Assembly (NCBI GenBank): GCA_000165425.1
Contig: CT868108.1
Location: 1-64,000 of the forward strand
Length of the DNA: 64,000 nucleotides
DNA from: Paramecium tetraurelia
Taxonomy: Eukaryota
Direction: 5' to 3'
Position 1 is the stretch's first letter. Every line of letters starts with the position of its first letter. This document shows, piece by piece, positions 26,303-39,947 of this stretch. Both the position numbers and the translations under genes were made by a program. The notes under the pieces were generated by a model that saw only the letters and a list, made by a program, of their open reading frames with translations, did no database searches and was not told the origin of the DNA.

Positions 26303-28306
26303 ATGCTCAAAATTCCTTGTAAGTATCATCCAAATTCATCAGTGGAAAGAATATGTGCAAGTTCGTCTTGCAAAAGAGATCCAACATTATGTTGGGAATG
26401 CATGATTGATGAAGCTGATCATGCTAGAAATCATCGCGATGTTATGGTATTTTTGAATTTCAAATTTAGATTGATTTTGACAATTTCACTACTAGACTAG
26501 ATGAGGAGTTCAGAAATGTTTTGGAGAAGAGGAAGAAAGATTAATAATTGGCTATGGAAGGTCATTTGAAGTTATTGCATACCAAACAAGATTTCATTGA
26601 TAGATATGAATCATAGATCAATAACAGGAAATGTTGGGTTGATTACATTATAGCTGATACGATGAATCTGTTAACTTCACTATTAGAGAAGGTGAAGGCT
26701 GAACTTTATGAACATTACGATGAACGATTTCTTCAATATTAAAATTCGTTAAATTTTTTAGTTTAATCCATACAACATAGGTATGGCTTAGTTCCACTTC
26801 CAACAAAAGAAGAAATGATGAATTCACTATAAGAGTTGTCAAAATAAAACAAGGAATGCAACACCTATGTGTCTGAGTTGAAGATCAAATTACTGCCACC
26901 TGAAGACTTAGGCAAAAACTTGGCATTTATTGACACTTTTTAAGAATTTCAAATATAAAATGAGATTGTTGAGGAATTAGAGAAATAGTGGGCAGAAACA
27001 CCTTAGTCTGATCCTGAAAATCCAACATTTTAACAGGAATAAAACTTTGTAGAAATCATGAACTCAATTAAATAATAATGTGAAGTACTTATGGATGAAT
27101 TCAAAGTATAAATCAATTTAAAAGATTTAATACTCTCAAGAAATACTCAATATTAAAATCCTGATGAATCTTTGAACAGTATTATTAATTCAATATTTTA
27201 TTCTAGTTTTAAGCGATGTCAAGAATTAAACTTCTGATCAGAAATTAACAAAAACCCAAAGACAATATGATAGTCCAAAACTATTCGAAACCCTCTAACC
27301 TAATTCTCCTGTTTATAATGCTGGGATTGAAAATAATAATTCTTAAGCCTTAAAATTCTAGTCCAGTTAATAAAGTAGAATTTCTAGTTCATCACGCATT
27401 AAATTTTACAGAACTGTTGAAACATCATAAATGAGAGGAGTTACAAGTTTATTATAGGTGGATTAGAGGACTATAGCATCTGGTAGTAGAGATAAGACAA
27501 TCAGAATTAATAATTTGGAGGTTCCTCAATAAAGTTTCACTTTAGAAGGACATGTTGATTAGGTGACAGCTCTTTGTATGTTTTAAGAAAAGTTATTGAT
27601 ATCAGGAGGAGGAAATCTTGATTCTTCTATAATTATTTGGTCCTTGTCCACTAGAAAGTAGATTAATAAATTAACAGGACATTAATCTGGAATCACATCT
27701 CTAATTGAGTTATCAGACAATCATAGTATATTAAGTGGTAGTTATGATAATTTGGCTATCATTTGGAATGTTACTTCAGGTAAATCTCTTTGTGCATTGA
27801 AAAAGCATACAGCCATGGTTTCATGTCTCCAACTTGTCAAAAGAGATATTGTTGTAACAGGCTCATGGGATAGAACTTTAGCTATTTGGTAGTTGTATTT
27901 TGAGGGTGAAGAAATAGTTTCTGCTTCTTATTTGAGAGACATTAAAACTGAAGGTGCTGTGTTATGTGTCAAAAAGTATTCTGAAAGAAGTATCATTTTT
28001 GGAGGAACTTCCAATAAAGTTTCAGTGGTTGATTGGATGAATGGAGAGATCAAACTAAAGTTAAATACATCTTAATTTGGTATTTGCGATATCATTTGTT
28101 CTGATTATCTATTGGGATTAGGAGCTAGCGATTCTACTATTAGATTGTGGGTGAATAACTAAGAAATAGAAGTCTATCGAGATCATAAAATTATTATTAA
28201 TAATTATAATACCAATCCAAAAATGATATAGGTTGGCAAGAATCAGATTGCTGTTATTAATAATAAAGACGAATAGCCTCATTTCAATATATTTATTATT
28301 GAATGA
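26303..28306 (+). CDS. B-box-like zinc finger + coiled coil + WD40-repeat protein
   Basis: N-terminal CKYH..ICASSSC..LCWEC..H..H. C-terminal GHVDQVTALC, GHQSGITSL..SGSYDNLAIIWN, HTAMVSCL..TGSWDRTLAIW repeats. Confidence 0.85.
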
Positions 28307-28342
28307 TTATATATATATTTAAATTATTTAGATGGTTTTATT

Positions 28343-28354
28343 AAAAAAAAAAAA
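28343..28354 (-). terminator. Pol III oligo-T terminator of tRNA-Met
   Basis: A run of 12 T on the minus strand, 2 nt after the tRNA discriminator base. Confidence 0.85.
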
Positions 28355-28356
28355 TA

Positions 28357-28430
28357 TGCCTTTGGTGGGGGTCGATCCCACGACCTCGAGATTATGAGAC
28401 TCGCGCTCTAACCAACTGAGCTACAAGGGC
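28357..28430 (-). tRNA. tRNA-Met (CAT), elongator-like
   Basis: GCCCTTGTAGCTCAGTTGGTTAGAGCGCGAGTCTCATAATCTCGAGGTCGTGGGATCGACCCCCACCAAAGGCA folds as a cloverleaf with anticodon loop CTCATAA. Confidence 0.95.
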
Positions 28431-28537
28431 ATCTCTATTAAAAATGGTCAATCCCTGATATTTATAAGTAGATTCATATACAGATTTATATGAATAAATT
28501 TTTAACGAATTATAAATAATTCAAATTTTAAAACTAA

Positions 28538-29062
28538 ATGAGATCCTTTTAAGTTAGCAAAGACTCGTCATTCAGGTATCATTTTATACTCCATTTAGGA
28601 TCTTATGTCCTTCTAACAAAATAGAAATGGAAGAAGAGACTGTAGAAACCCAAATCTAATCAGAGGTAAAGAATATCTACAGACCAATAAAAATTATTCT
28701 TCCACCTCCTAATCTCCCTAAAATTGTTTCAAGCACTAAGTAAATTTGATTGTTATGTCAGAACTTGTAATTGCAAGAAATCCTAATGCTTGAAATAGTA
28801 TTGTGATTGCTTTGCTAACGGATAGGTTTGCTCAGAAAATTGCAATTGTGTAGGATGTTTTAATAATTCTCTCAATAATTCGTAAAGAAAAGAAGCAAAA
28901 TTATAAATATAAACAAGAGATCCAAGGGCATTTAAATAAGCCTTTAAAGGATGCAATTGTAAAAAGTCAGGATGTTAAAAAAAATACTGCGAATGCTTTC
29001 AAAATAATTTATAATGCACTCATTAATGTAGATGTGAGGGGTGTGTTAATTGCTTAAAATGA
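28538..29062 (+). CDS. Tesmin/TSO1-like CXC domain protein (LIN54 family)
   Basis: [39 protein letters not shown] hinge, GCNCKKSGCQKKYCECFQ..CTHQCRCEGCVN; two introns. Confidence 0.92.
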
Positions 29063-29188
29063 GTGTTTAGTTAAATTAATATTTCTTAACCTGTTTCAAA
29101 TTGCATAATTTTATTCCTATTCACTTCAATTTCATCATCAATAATTGTATAGATTTGATAAACATATTTAATAATGAACATATTAAAA

Positions 29189-31001
29189 TCATTGTATTTC
29201 ACTGATAGACTTTTTAATTGATTTGATAAGTGATTCACTATTGGGAAATGTACCATTTTGTTAAAGAACATTTAAGCATTCTTATAGTTTTTCTTTTTGC
29301 AAATTTTTGTCTCCAATTTTTTCATAAAAATCAGCCAAGACAGTGCTTTTCTTATATTAGCGAGAGAACTTAGTAAATGCTATGCTTTCAATCTTATCTA
29401 AAGTCTTTCTTAGCTAACAATAAATATTAAAATATACTTATTCAATTGGTTACTATTGATTAAGTCTTTCCAAAAACTCAGTTCTTAATCTTTAGAATTT
29501 GATAATTTATTCGATGTCAGAAATGTAGGTTATATTATGGGATTCTGAAGACAATTGTACAATGTAATCTTTAGCTGATAAAAAGTCTTGTTCATTGATG
29601 GCCAACTCTAATAATGTAACAAGAGTTTCTCCATACTATTGATGTGATGAATCAAAGTAGGATTTAAGAATATTTAATTATGCTAAGCAGTATTCTTAAG
29701 CAGCCTTATTATCTCCTTTGCCAATTAGTGCTTAGATGAGTTGTTAATTGAATTCTATTTGCATTGGAACATCCTATTTTATTTTTGCCATCAGCTCAAT
29801 TAGCTTCTAAAGATTAGTACTATAGTATTTATTTAGAAATAGTTCATATCTAATCAATGTATAGAGAGTATTTTCATTTTCTTTTGTATTTTTGGCAATA
29901 TCATCTAATTTATTTTTGATTGCATTCATTTCCTCCAACTTTTCGTTTTTTTGGTATAAGTAATTATATAATTCAATTAAAGTAGCAACGTAGTTCTCAT
30001 CATTTGGACTCAATAACTTTTATTCGATCAAATAATCAAAGTATGTTAATGAAGCATCGATTAATTATTTACCATCCTCAAATCTTCCTAAGTGTAAACA
30101 AGACTTTGCTAAGTTTTTCAATATTATAGCTTCATTAATAAGAATGTTCATAAAGTGTCTTTTCAAATCATCGTCACTTAATTCTGTTTTTACGGTAATT
30201 TGCTTAGAGAATACTAAGATAATACGAAATCAATACTTTTTCTAAATAGATGACCAGTATTATCTAACAAAGTGGCAGCAATTCCCAATTAATCAATTGA
30301 TTCACTAAACTTTCCTCTTTCTTAGCATATTTTGGAATATAATGACAAGTGTGTGACCATATTTTGGATATGTTATAATTCTTATTCGAATAAATTCTCA
30401 CTATTAGGAGTTTGATTTTAAATAGAGGCTTAATAGATGGGGCACTAATTATCAATAAAGTATTAGAGATATTAAACAGCTTCTCCAGCAGATTATTCAG
30501 CAATAGATAATTTATCTAAATTTGACATGCAATGAATCATAAATAGTCCTGTGAGAAAAGCTTAGTTTTCATCTTTATGATCCTTAAATTCATTCCTAAA
30601 ATCTCCCTACATAATTTCATTCAAGAGCTTGCTGCAATCCTCTCTTTTATCATTCTCGAAATTCAGTTAAGCAAGTACCAACAAATCTCTTCTGTATCCT
30701 TCATAAAACTTACTATAAAATTTATTTTATTTCTATACTTTTCTTCTTGTTTGTTAGGAAACAGTAAAGTGTTTATTTGCTTTTTTACATCTATAACATC
30801 TAGCATGATTTTTTCCTTTTATTTGTATTCCTCAATCTCATAAAATTTAGAATTTAATTCTGCCAATTTGGTTTTTAATTAATCGATGCTTTGGGTCCCT
30901 GTTGTAAAATAGAATCTTTGATAGTAATTAAATAATTTCAAGTTTTTTCCGATTCTTTAACCACATACATTAGTGCCTAATTTAAATAGTTATTTGATCA
31001 T
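29189..31001 (-). CDS. Helical-repeat (TPR-like) protein, possibly mitochondrial
   Basis: MIKQLFKLG..YYQRFYFTT presequence-like start; A/L-rich helical repeats (AIILKNLAKSCLHLGRFEDG); introns of 26 and 24 nt. Confidence 0.65.
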
Positions 31002-31128
31002 AATTAAATTTTTATAATTTATTTAATTTAATTGAAATCCTATTTGTTTGTGTTACTAAGTATGTTTTAATTCCAAAACAATAATTTTAAGTAATTATAA
31101 AAATACTACATATAACAATAATGGAAAA

Positions 31129-32724
31129 TCATATAAAATGATTGCTGGATGTAATGCTAGAGTATCGTTATTAGAGAATGCAACTTATAGTTTTGAAGAG
31201 AGGAGAGGAGCTCACTTAGGATTAAAAGGTTCTTGATTTTACTCTATTTTATGCTGTGGGCAATACCATTTTTTTTACTCCAATAATACTTCTCATTTAA
31301 GTTTAAGTTGTACTCAAAGGGCTATCACATGATTATTTCTCTGCATATTCTTCTGGGAAATGAGTTTTTATCATTAACTTTTTGGGTAATTTTGGATAAT
31401 TAATCGGGTATTAATGATGTTACTATTATCTTTGGGTTTATTGTGATTGTACCATCTATATTTCTCCCTATTATACAAAGTTATAGCCTCTGTGAGTTTT
31501 AAGAAAGAGCTCCGATTAAGTATGGGATGAAACTTCATAGGATACTTTTAAGGGTTGTTTCCTCAACTTTTAGGATGCTAGATCCATTTATAATTTGATT
31601 TAATCCATTCTCTATTTCTTCTTATTTTGATATAAGAGGAGATTTCGTTTTGCAGTTGCCATTGGTTGAGTTACCTTTTCTTGCGAAAATTCTTCAGGAA
31701 CTTCTGTTTAAATTCTTTTACAGAAATACTATGGATAGAAGCTGGCTGTTTTAACATCGGTTTCAGTTCTTAAATTAGCCAATTGTTAGAGTTCGATCCT
31801 ATGAAGCTTTAGTTCTTCTCCTTATTATTCAAACATTCTTTCTACCAAAGATGTTCTATTGATCTTATATGCGTAGCCTTTGGATGAATTACAAACAAGG
31901 GAATATTCATATGGTAAATTAATATTGAGATGATAGAAGCCAAATACTTGCAATTCTCCAATTTCAAATAGCTTTTTGATAACTTATTAAATTTACATTA
32001 ACACTAGCTTAATTGGGCTTCATTATTTTTTTAACAAGAAAACTTCCGGATTTTATCAAAATGAAGTAGTCAGCTTTTTAGCCTTCTTTGATGACAATTT
32101 AATTCTTTTCAAATTCATATAGAAAAGAATTCAAATAGATATGTTTTAATTATGTTCTGTGCAAATGGGAAAATATTCTGATTTGTGAGAAATAATCAAT
32201 GTTCTTGAAATAATAATAAAGTGATTTTACTTCATCCAATTGTTTTTATTATTCTTCTTAAAGAATATGTTTAAATTGTTGTTTATCTAGGACAGCGAAA
32301 GTGCAATCAGTATTACATTAAATGGTAGCAAGTCTTGGCTATTTATGTAATAGGGCTAATTCCCCAAAAGATTCACCTTTGTTTAGTATTCTAACTGCCT
32401 CCATATCAGATTGATTAGGTTTTCTGACTAGGACAGTGACAGATCCTTCCAATATGATGTAGAATTTTGTACCAACACTGTCTATGAAAATTTTATGATA
32501 TTAGTTGTACCAACATAGAATACGATTTCACTTGCTTTGAATTTTTCACAATACATGTTTTTGCAACATTTCCTTTAAATTTATAATCCATTATCTTGTT
32601 TCATGTACTATTTAAAAAATGGGAGCTACGATGTCAATTGGACTAATAAATTAATTTCTGCTTTGCTCCTGTGTTGGGGACTCTTTCTTAATAGAAACTC
32701 AACTTCATCTATTTATTTTTACAT
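31129..32724 (-). CDS. Cyclic nucleotide-binding domain protein
   Basis: EIVFYVDSVGTKFYIILEGSVTV..GESFGELALLHKQPRLATIQC (cNMP-binding signature), followed by a second degenerate domain and a low-complexity tail. Confidence 0.9.
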
Positions 32725-32944
32725 TTTTAATAAATGTTAATGTTAATGATTAATAAAATTAGACATATCATAAGTAATTTTGTTCGGCAACCATTTATTG
32801 TAATCCAACGGTATAAATACATGTGAATCAGTATGATCGAAAAGATGATTACAGTAAAATGAACAAATAAAAAGTGGTAAATATTTCTAATAATACTGTT
32901 GTAAAGATTAAAAGTAATGAAGTTTATGTTGTAATATTTAAATA

Positions 32945-35900
32945 ATGAAATTCGTTTTATTGTTATTGTATAGCGTTTCTTTTTAAGGTATCCTGGGTGA
33001 AACTGTTCAAATGAAGGATAAATGTCAATGCAGCCATATATAATTAATAGAGGAATGTATCATAGATTGCGAATGGGATTATGATACAAAGAAGTGTAAG
33101 GATCCAAATCCTTCATTAATAAGAACACACTATTGTTCAAACTTACGAGACACTTGTAATAAAACTCAAGGTTGTGGCAATTATAATGGTGTGTGTGTTC
33201 CATTCACAGGATGCAGTGCAATAAAAAGAAATACTAATTATGAATGTCAAAGGTATTCAGAACTTTGCATAACTGATGGTTACAAATGTGTAGAGAAGAG
33301 CGTTTGTGCAGATTACAAAACTAGATACTCCTGTCGCAATAATTATATTAATTACGAATGGTCTGGGTTTTGTTATTGGGACAAAAAGGAATGTAGGAAT
33401 GCCTAGAGTTGCCATGAATTATCATCTAGTTTAAAGAATGATGCAGAATGCAGAGGGCAATTGAGTTGGTGTACATATAAAAAAGGAGGAGGTTGTGAAG
33501 ATTCAGGAGAATAATGCAAAGATCAAAAATTCTAATAGCAATGTGTGACTAATAAAAGGAGGAATGTTAAATGTTTTTGGGATGGATTAGCATGCTATGA
33601 TTATTCTTGTAAGTACATTAAAGGCGATTGTATAAAAAATGGATGTTCAATCGATAAGGATTCATATTGTATGGACAGATTAGAATGCGAAGAATACACT
33701 ATTTAGAAATCATGCACTTACAATAAATCAAATATTTAATGTATGTGGGAAGCCAATCAATGTAGAATTAAATCCTGCGAAAATGCTAATGCAAATAGAC
33801 AAACTAATTAATCATGTTAGGAAATTGATTCAATCTGTATTACCAAGTTTGGAGGAGGATGCAAGAAGAATGGGGAATGTGGAGAGGCCAATAGTAAACA
33901 GGGATGCTAGTAGAATACCAGAGGAGATGAATGCTATTGGAATGGGTATTTGTGTGTAATAAAATAATGTCAATGGGCACCTGCTGCTTATTATAAGGAA
34001 AAGGATATATGTAAGGATTTCTAATCAAATTGTGTGTATGGTAAAGATATGTGCATTGAAGATGGGTGTTATGCGTAATTAACTCGAGATAAATGTAATG
34101 AGAATAAGAAATGCAAATGGATGGGTTAGTGTGACATAAAAACTTGTGAGACTGCTGGAGCAAATGTAACTTACACTTCCCATTAAGATTGTCAAAATTA
34201 TCTATCGAATTGCACTTTGTCAGATTCAGGAATAGGATGCATGTTGATTAGATACTCTTGTGATCAATATACTAGATAGATTCAATGTTATCGTTCTATT
34301 TTGAGTAAATGTACTTGGCATAATAATTAATGTTTGGACAGTAAATGTGAGTATTATAATTATTCAACTCATGAAGATTGTAATTATGAGTTACAGAACT
34401 GCACTAGTGATGGATCATAATGTATATCACTGAAATCAAATTGCTCTTAATATACTCAAATGGAATCATGTAAGATTAACAAGTAAAATTATAAATGCTC
34501 TTGGAAGAATGACAAATGTGTTGATCTCACTTGTGATATGATTTCAAAAAGCGAGAATTATAGTACTCATTAAGATTGTTATACAGAATCACCAAATTGC
34601 ACTATTTTGGAAAGGATTACTGGATGTATTGAAACGCCCTCTGATTGTCGTTTGTTAAATTAATAGTAATGTTATGGAAAGAAGTGCATCTATTCAAATG
34701 GAGAGTGTCGAGAAAAGTAATGTAGTGATTACAAAGGCGATATTACTTAAACGAATTGTGAAGCCTTTATTGAAGGTAAAAAGTGTATGAGGGGGCCTGG
34801 TTTGATTCCTTATAGTTGTGTTGATAAAGTTGCACAATGTGGAGATATCAAATAGTAGTATTAATGTGAGGATTTTCAAGATATTGATAATAATAAATGC
34901 AGATGGGACTATTCTTTCTGTATTAAATAGCAAGAGATTCTAAAACGCAAAGAATCTAACAATACTTGTATTAATGGTTCAACACCTTTTGATGACAACT
35001 TTTGTATTAGATAAAAGTCATGCACTGATCCAGGTATAGCCACAGTGGATTATACAGATGAAATATGTGAAAATTATTTGATATCTTGTCAAATGCAAAA
35101 TACCAAATTGTGCAAGACTAAAAATGTTGATCTTGATAGCAGTAATTGTGATTTTTACAAATCTAAAACAAATTGTACTTCGTAATCTCATTGCTATTGG
35201 GCGAATAGTTGTAAGGAAATAAAAAGCAGTTGTGATGCTTTGGAAACTAAAGAGGATTGTTAAGATAATAAAGATACTTCAGGGACATTCTGTATTTGGG
35301 ATGTTGATCATTCTTCATGTAAAAATATTTGTGATACATTGTCTTCCAAGAATCAATCATGTTCAACTCAGGATTCGAAATGTGTACTCAAAGGTGAAGA
35401 CATTACCAAGTGCATTAAAAAGAAGCAAAATTGTTCTAATTACGTAAAGTCAAAAGTGGAATGTGAAGATGATGACAGGTGTACATACAATTTAAATGAA
35501 CTCTGTGTTGAAAAGTAGTGCTCTGATCTTACAACTAGTGTGTTGCATGATGAATGCAATTCTTATAAATCAGAATGCACAATTGCTTATCCTGGAGGAT
35601 GCACCAATTTATTATCCAAATGTACTGATTATAAGACTCAATTATAGTGTGTAATTAATAATGAATCCAAACCTTGTTATTGGTCAGAATATAAAGGATG
35701 CGTTGATAAAAATTGTGCAGAGATTATTTATGATCCAACTGTAGGTGAAGAAAACTAGTACCTAACATTTTGTTATTTCGATAAAGAAGCGAAGAAATAT
35801 GGGGATTTAAAGGATTCTTGTACTAAATATTCCACTGAAAAATAATGTCAAAAATAACTCGATGGTTATGAGTGCATATGGCAAGAAGATAAATGTTAGA

Positions 35901-37927
35901 AGGCTACTTGTGAAAATATTAAAATAGTTGAGTACAATCATTAGGGATGTTATGATAAAAATATAAAATTAAAATGCACTGTGAATTTAACTAATGATAA
36001 ATGCATTGATTTGTTTTCAGACTGCAAACAATATTAAACAAAAGAATAATGTGTTATAACAACGCTTAATGAAAGTTGTGTTTGGGACTCAAGTTATTCA
36101 ACATGTAATTTCAAAACTTGTTAAGATAAATAAATAACTGTAGAAGATAAATGTTCTGATTATCTCTCAAGTTGTGTTGATAACATATCAAAATGCAGAA
36201 ACCTCATTTGCGAAGATTATGAATATGATAACGATGTGGATTGTAGAAATGCAGATAGTAAATGCACATCTAATGGTCGTTTTTGTGTATTGAGAGGAAC
36301 TTGTGATCAAAATTAGTATAAACAAGCTTGCAATATAGATGTCAACAATAAACAATGCAGTTGGAATTACAATAAGAATTAATGTAGTTTTGTCTCATGT
36401 CGAGATGCTCCAACTTCATTGACTCGTACCTAAGATTGTGAAACATACTTTCCAAATTAGAGTTGTGTCACTAAAATAGGAGGAGGGTGTCTTGTGGCAA
36501 CTAGTTGTTATGATTTAATTCAGTTTGATTGTGAACAAAATAAAACCTTAAAATGTATTTGGGAAAAGGATATATGTAGATTCAAGGAGTGTAAAGATTA
36601 TAAAAGTAGTTATGTTTTGGATTGTCAAAGCAAATCTTTAAATTGTACCTCTGATGGTGTCACATGTGTTGAAATGAAAAATTGTGCATAGTATTATTCT
36701 AAGTAAACGTGCAATTTTGGTACTGATGGAGTTTGCATTTATTTGGATGATCGTTGCCAGCCATATAAGAATTGTTAGTCAATTTATTACACCTCTCATT
36801 AATAATGTTATGATACTTTGCAAAATTAATGCACTTCAAATGGAACCTAATGCATACCTATAACCTTTTGTAATGAGTACAAAGATAAGATATCATGTGT
36901 AAAGGGAATTGATGGAGATTGTGGTTGGGAAAACTCGAAATGTGTAAAGTTTTCGTCCTGTGGTGATTATCATTTCAAAACTCACGAAGAGTGCAATTCG
37001 ATTAATTCAAGCTGCACAACTGACACAGTTAGTGCGTGTATTGAATTATTAGAATGTTCTAAATATGGACAAAAAAATTGTAGCCTTGATAAAAGTGGAG
37101 TAGTTATAAAAGATGGTTTAATCATCAAATAAAATTAATGTATATGGAAAGATTAAAAATGCACTTCTATTACATGTTAAGATATGTATGGAACTAATCA
37201 TTCAAGTTGTTACAGTTAAATGTCCACTTGCACTTCAGATGGTACAAAGTGTCTAGTTATGGAATCAGATTGCTCATCTTATTCCTAAAATATTTGTGAT
37301 TACGCATAAAGTAAAGAGGGTAAATGCGCTTACGTATCATCCAAGTGTTCCAAAGTAGATTGTTCAACTAAAACTTTAGAGAATTAATGCAAAGAAATAA
37401 AGCATTGTCAATTTATCAATGGATCCTGTCAATCTTACATTAAATGTTAAGAATACAAAACAGAAAAGGATTGTACTGTAGGTACTGATGGTCAATGTGT
37501 ATACAAGAACTCTTAATGTAGTTTAATCAATGATTGTACTGGTGCTAATTAACAAAAATTATGCCCAACCAAGACTTGTTATTGGAATGATTAAACCTCT
37601 ACTTGTCAGCCACACACTTGTACTACCTACGCCATTTAGAATTCTTGTGGATTGTTTTATAATTTTAAAAAGACTCAAATCACCTATTGCACTTACAATG
37701 AAGTGGATCGTGCATGTAAAGAGACAAGTCCAACCTCATTTAATCTTGTTGATTGCTACAAGAAATCACTCGGATATTTCTCAAACACCAATGAAACATG
37801 TTCGTCTTGCATTATTACTAAATCAAATGATACTGATCACAATACCACAAATCCTGGTAATAGCACAAGTTCTTACAATGCTGTTAATTTTGCCCTCATT
37901 ATAATCGTATTATTAATTGTCATTTGA
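32945..37927 (+). CDS. Paramecium surface-antigen-type cysteine-rich repeat protein (~1660 aa), probably GPI-anchored
   Basis: Signal peptide MKFVLLLLYSVSF; periodic Cys/Trp repeats (C.W....C, CTSDG..C, C.TK.GGGC); C-terminal hydrophobic NFALIIIVLLIVI*; 1661 codons. Confidence 0.92.
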
Positions 37928-37966
37928 AAATACATTGTCATCATCTATATATATTAATTATTATTT

Positions 37967-39347
37967 ATGTTTAAACATGCAGGCACCTCAGAAAACAAAG
38001 CATTGATCGAAGTCAACATCCATCAACTTAATATCAATATATCAGTTCCAAACTGCGAAGTTATGGTCGTGTTCCAAAGAGGAGACAGAAAAGCTCAAAC
38101 GCAACCAGTCTCATTGGTAAACAAATGTGCCAGAATCGAACAAATCCTCAAAATCCCTGCCACTCTCTATTATGATGTTAAGCAGAAGGAATACTAAAAG
38201 AAAATGGGCACCTTGATTGTCCTCGTCAAATATGAAAAGGGAATGAAGAATGCAGGTCAAATCGATATTGATTTCTCCTCGTACCTAAATTAAAAAAAGG
38301 GGAAAATCGATGAGATCTCACCCCTTTCTAAATGTCCTGACTCTAATGCCACCCTCTCATACACAATCAACTTCTTGAGTCAAGAATAGAGATCCAAAAC
38401 TCCTGAAGCCAACATCAATAATAGTATTCTAATCTCTAAATACAGTTAGGGAAGATCAATCCAAGGCTCAAATTACATAATTAGACTTGTAAAATAAGCA
38501 ATTGAAGGAGGACAATATTCGATTACAAGATGAAGTCGATTAATTGAAAGCCTAAAATAAATAATAATAGATCTACATTCAACAACTATAAAATTAACTC
38601 AAATAAGGTCAGGAGGTATTAATCAAATAGAATTCATCTAAACCCAATTATGAAACACCTACTGCACAACCAGAAGAATGCCAAAAATGCTATGAATTTC
38701 AATTAGAATTAGGTATGTATTTTCGTATTTATATCTAAGAGTTATTAAAAAAATAAAAATCCATTAAGTAGCTTCCTTGTGAGAAGTGCTCAAATTTAGA
38801 GTAGTAAATCGAATCACTCAAAAAGCAATATTCACAAGGGTCAAAGAAGGAGAGTTCTGATTAAAAAGTTGAATTGTTAAATGAAGCCAACACTCATTTA
38901 AAGGAGCAATTGTATGAGCTTGAATAATAAGCTGCCAAAATTAGAAAGGAAAACCAGGATCTAAAAAACAAACTCAATATTTAAAACCAATAATTAATAG
39001 ACTGCAGAGAGAGAATATAAGAATTAGAAAACAATGATGAAGATGATAAACGCATTGCAGAATACTAAAAATTAATAGAAAAATCAAATGATGATCTATT
39101 GGATATCTAATAAAAATTGTTTTCATTTTAAACTGAATGCGATTAGCTCTAAAGAGAAAAGAATGAATATGAGCAATAGCTTGAGATTTTGTCTAAAAAA
39201 TATGATACTCTAGGTAATACGTTATTAAATTATATAGAATTATAACTATTCTAATAAAAATAAAGATATGCTAACGCTATGCATGCATTCCTTAGTATAG
39301 GCGATACAAATGCAATTGAAGTACTTGAATAGTTTAGTGGAGATTGA
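37967..39347 (+). CDS. NT-C2 (EEIG1/EHBP1-type) domain + coiled-coil protein
   Basis: VVFQRGDRK..ATLYYD..YQKK..AGQIDIDFSSY..LSKCPDSNATL, typical of NT-C2; three short introns. Confidence 0.85.
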
Positions 39348-39947
39348 ATTTTTATTCTTTTTTATTATTTTGTTCAAAATTATAAGGACAATAGGTTTAC
39401 TTACTTATTGTGTCTTTAAAAACTAAAACTAAAATTAAGATTAAGTTCTTAATTGATCTAATTTCCAAATTATAAATTAGACATCCATTAATATCAAAAA
39501 TAAACAGCTCTTATTTAATGAATAAGTCTCTAAAAGTAAATTTAATAATTATAATAATAATGAAGTAAAGTGTTTTTCAATTCATAAGGATTATTTGTAA
39601 ACGCTGTAGATTAGGAAAGTAAAATGTGATATTGAAATTAAATCGGGCATATTCTAAAGATGCAATATGATTTTAATAATATGTGTGTTGGTTTCTTTGA
39701 CAAAATGTTATGAAGATTTAATAATTATTAGTTCGTTTCTTCGAAATACAATTTGTTTCTTCCTTTGATTGTCTCATTATCTTTTTAGATTATCTATGTA
39801 GGCATCAATATTGAGCATAATATTTAGGAATTAATTATTTCTTGTTCTTACAAAGATTTAATTGGGTCCAATTTATTATAAATTTAAGGTTTTTTTGTTA
39901 TAATAAATAATCAAACATCTAATTTTTAATTATTTTATATCTCTCAT

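Noticed and set aside
29020..29271. Minus-strand ORF from the track (MFFNKMVHF...) that would overlap the CXC gene
   Set aside because: It is a different frame from the real TPR-like gene, which stops at 29189; no overlap is needed.
32945..37927. Periodic repeats as a possible DNA repeat array
   Set aside because: The periodicity is at protein level (Cys spacing of a surface-antigen-type protein). There are no identical DNA repeats or spacers.
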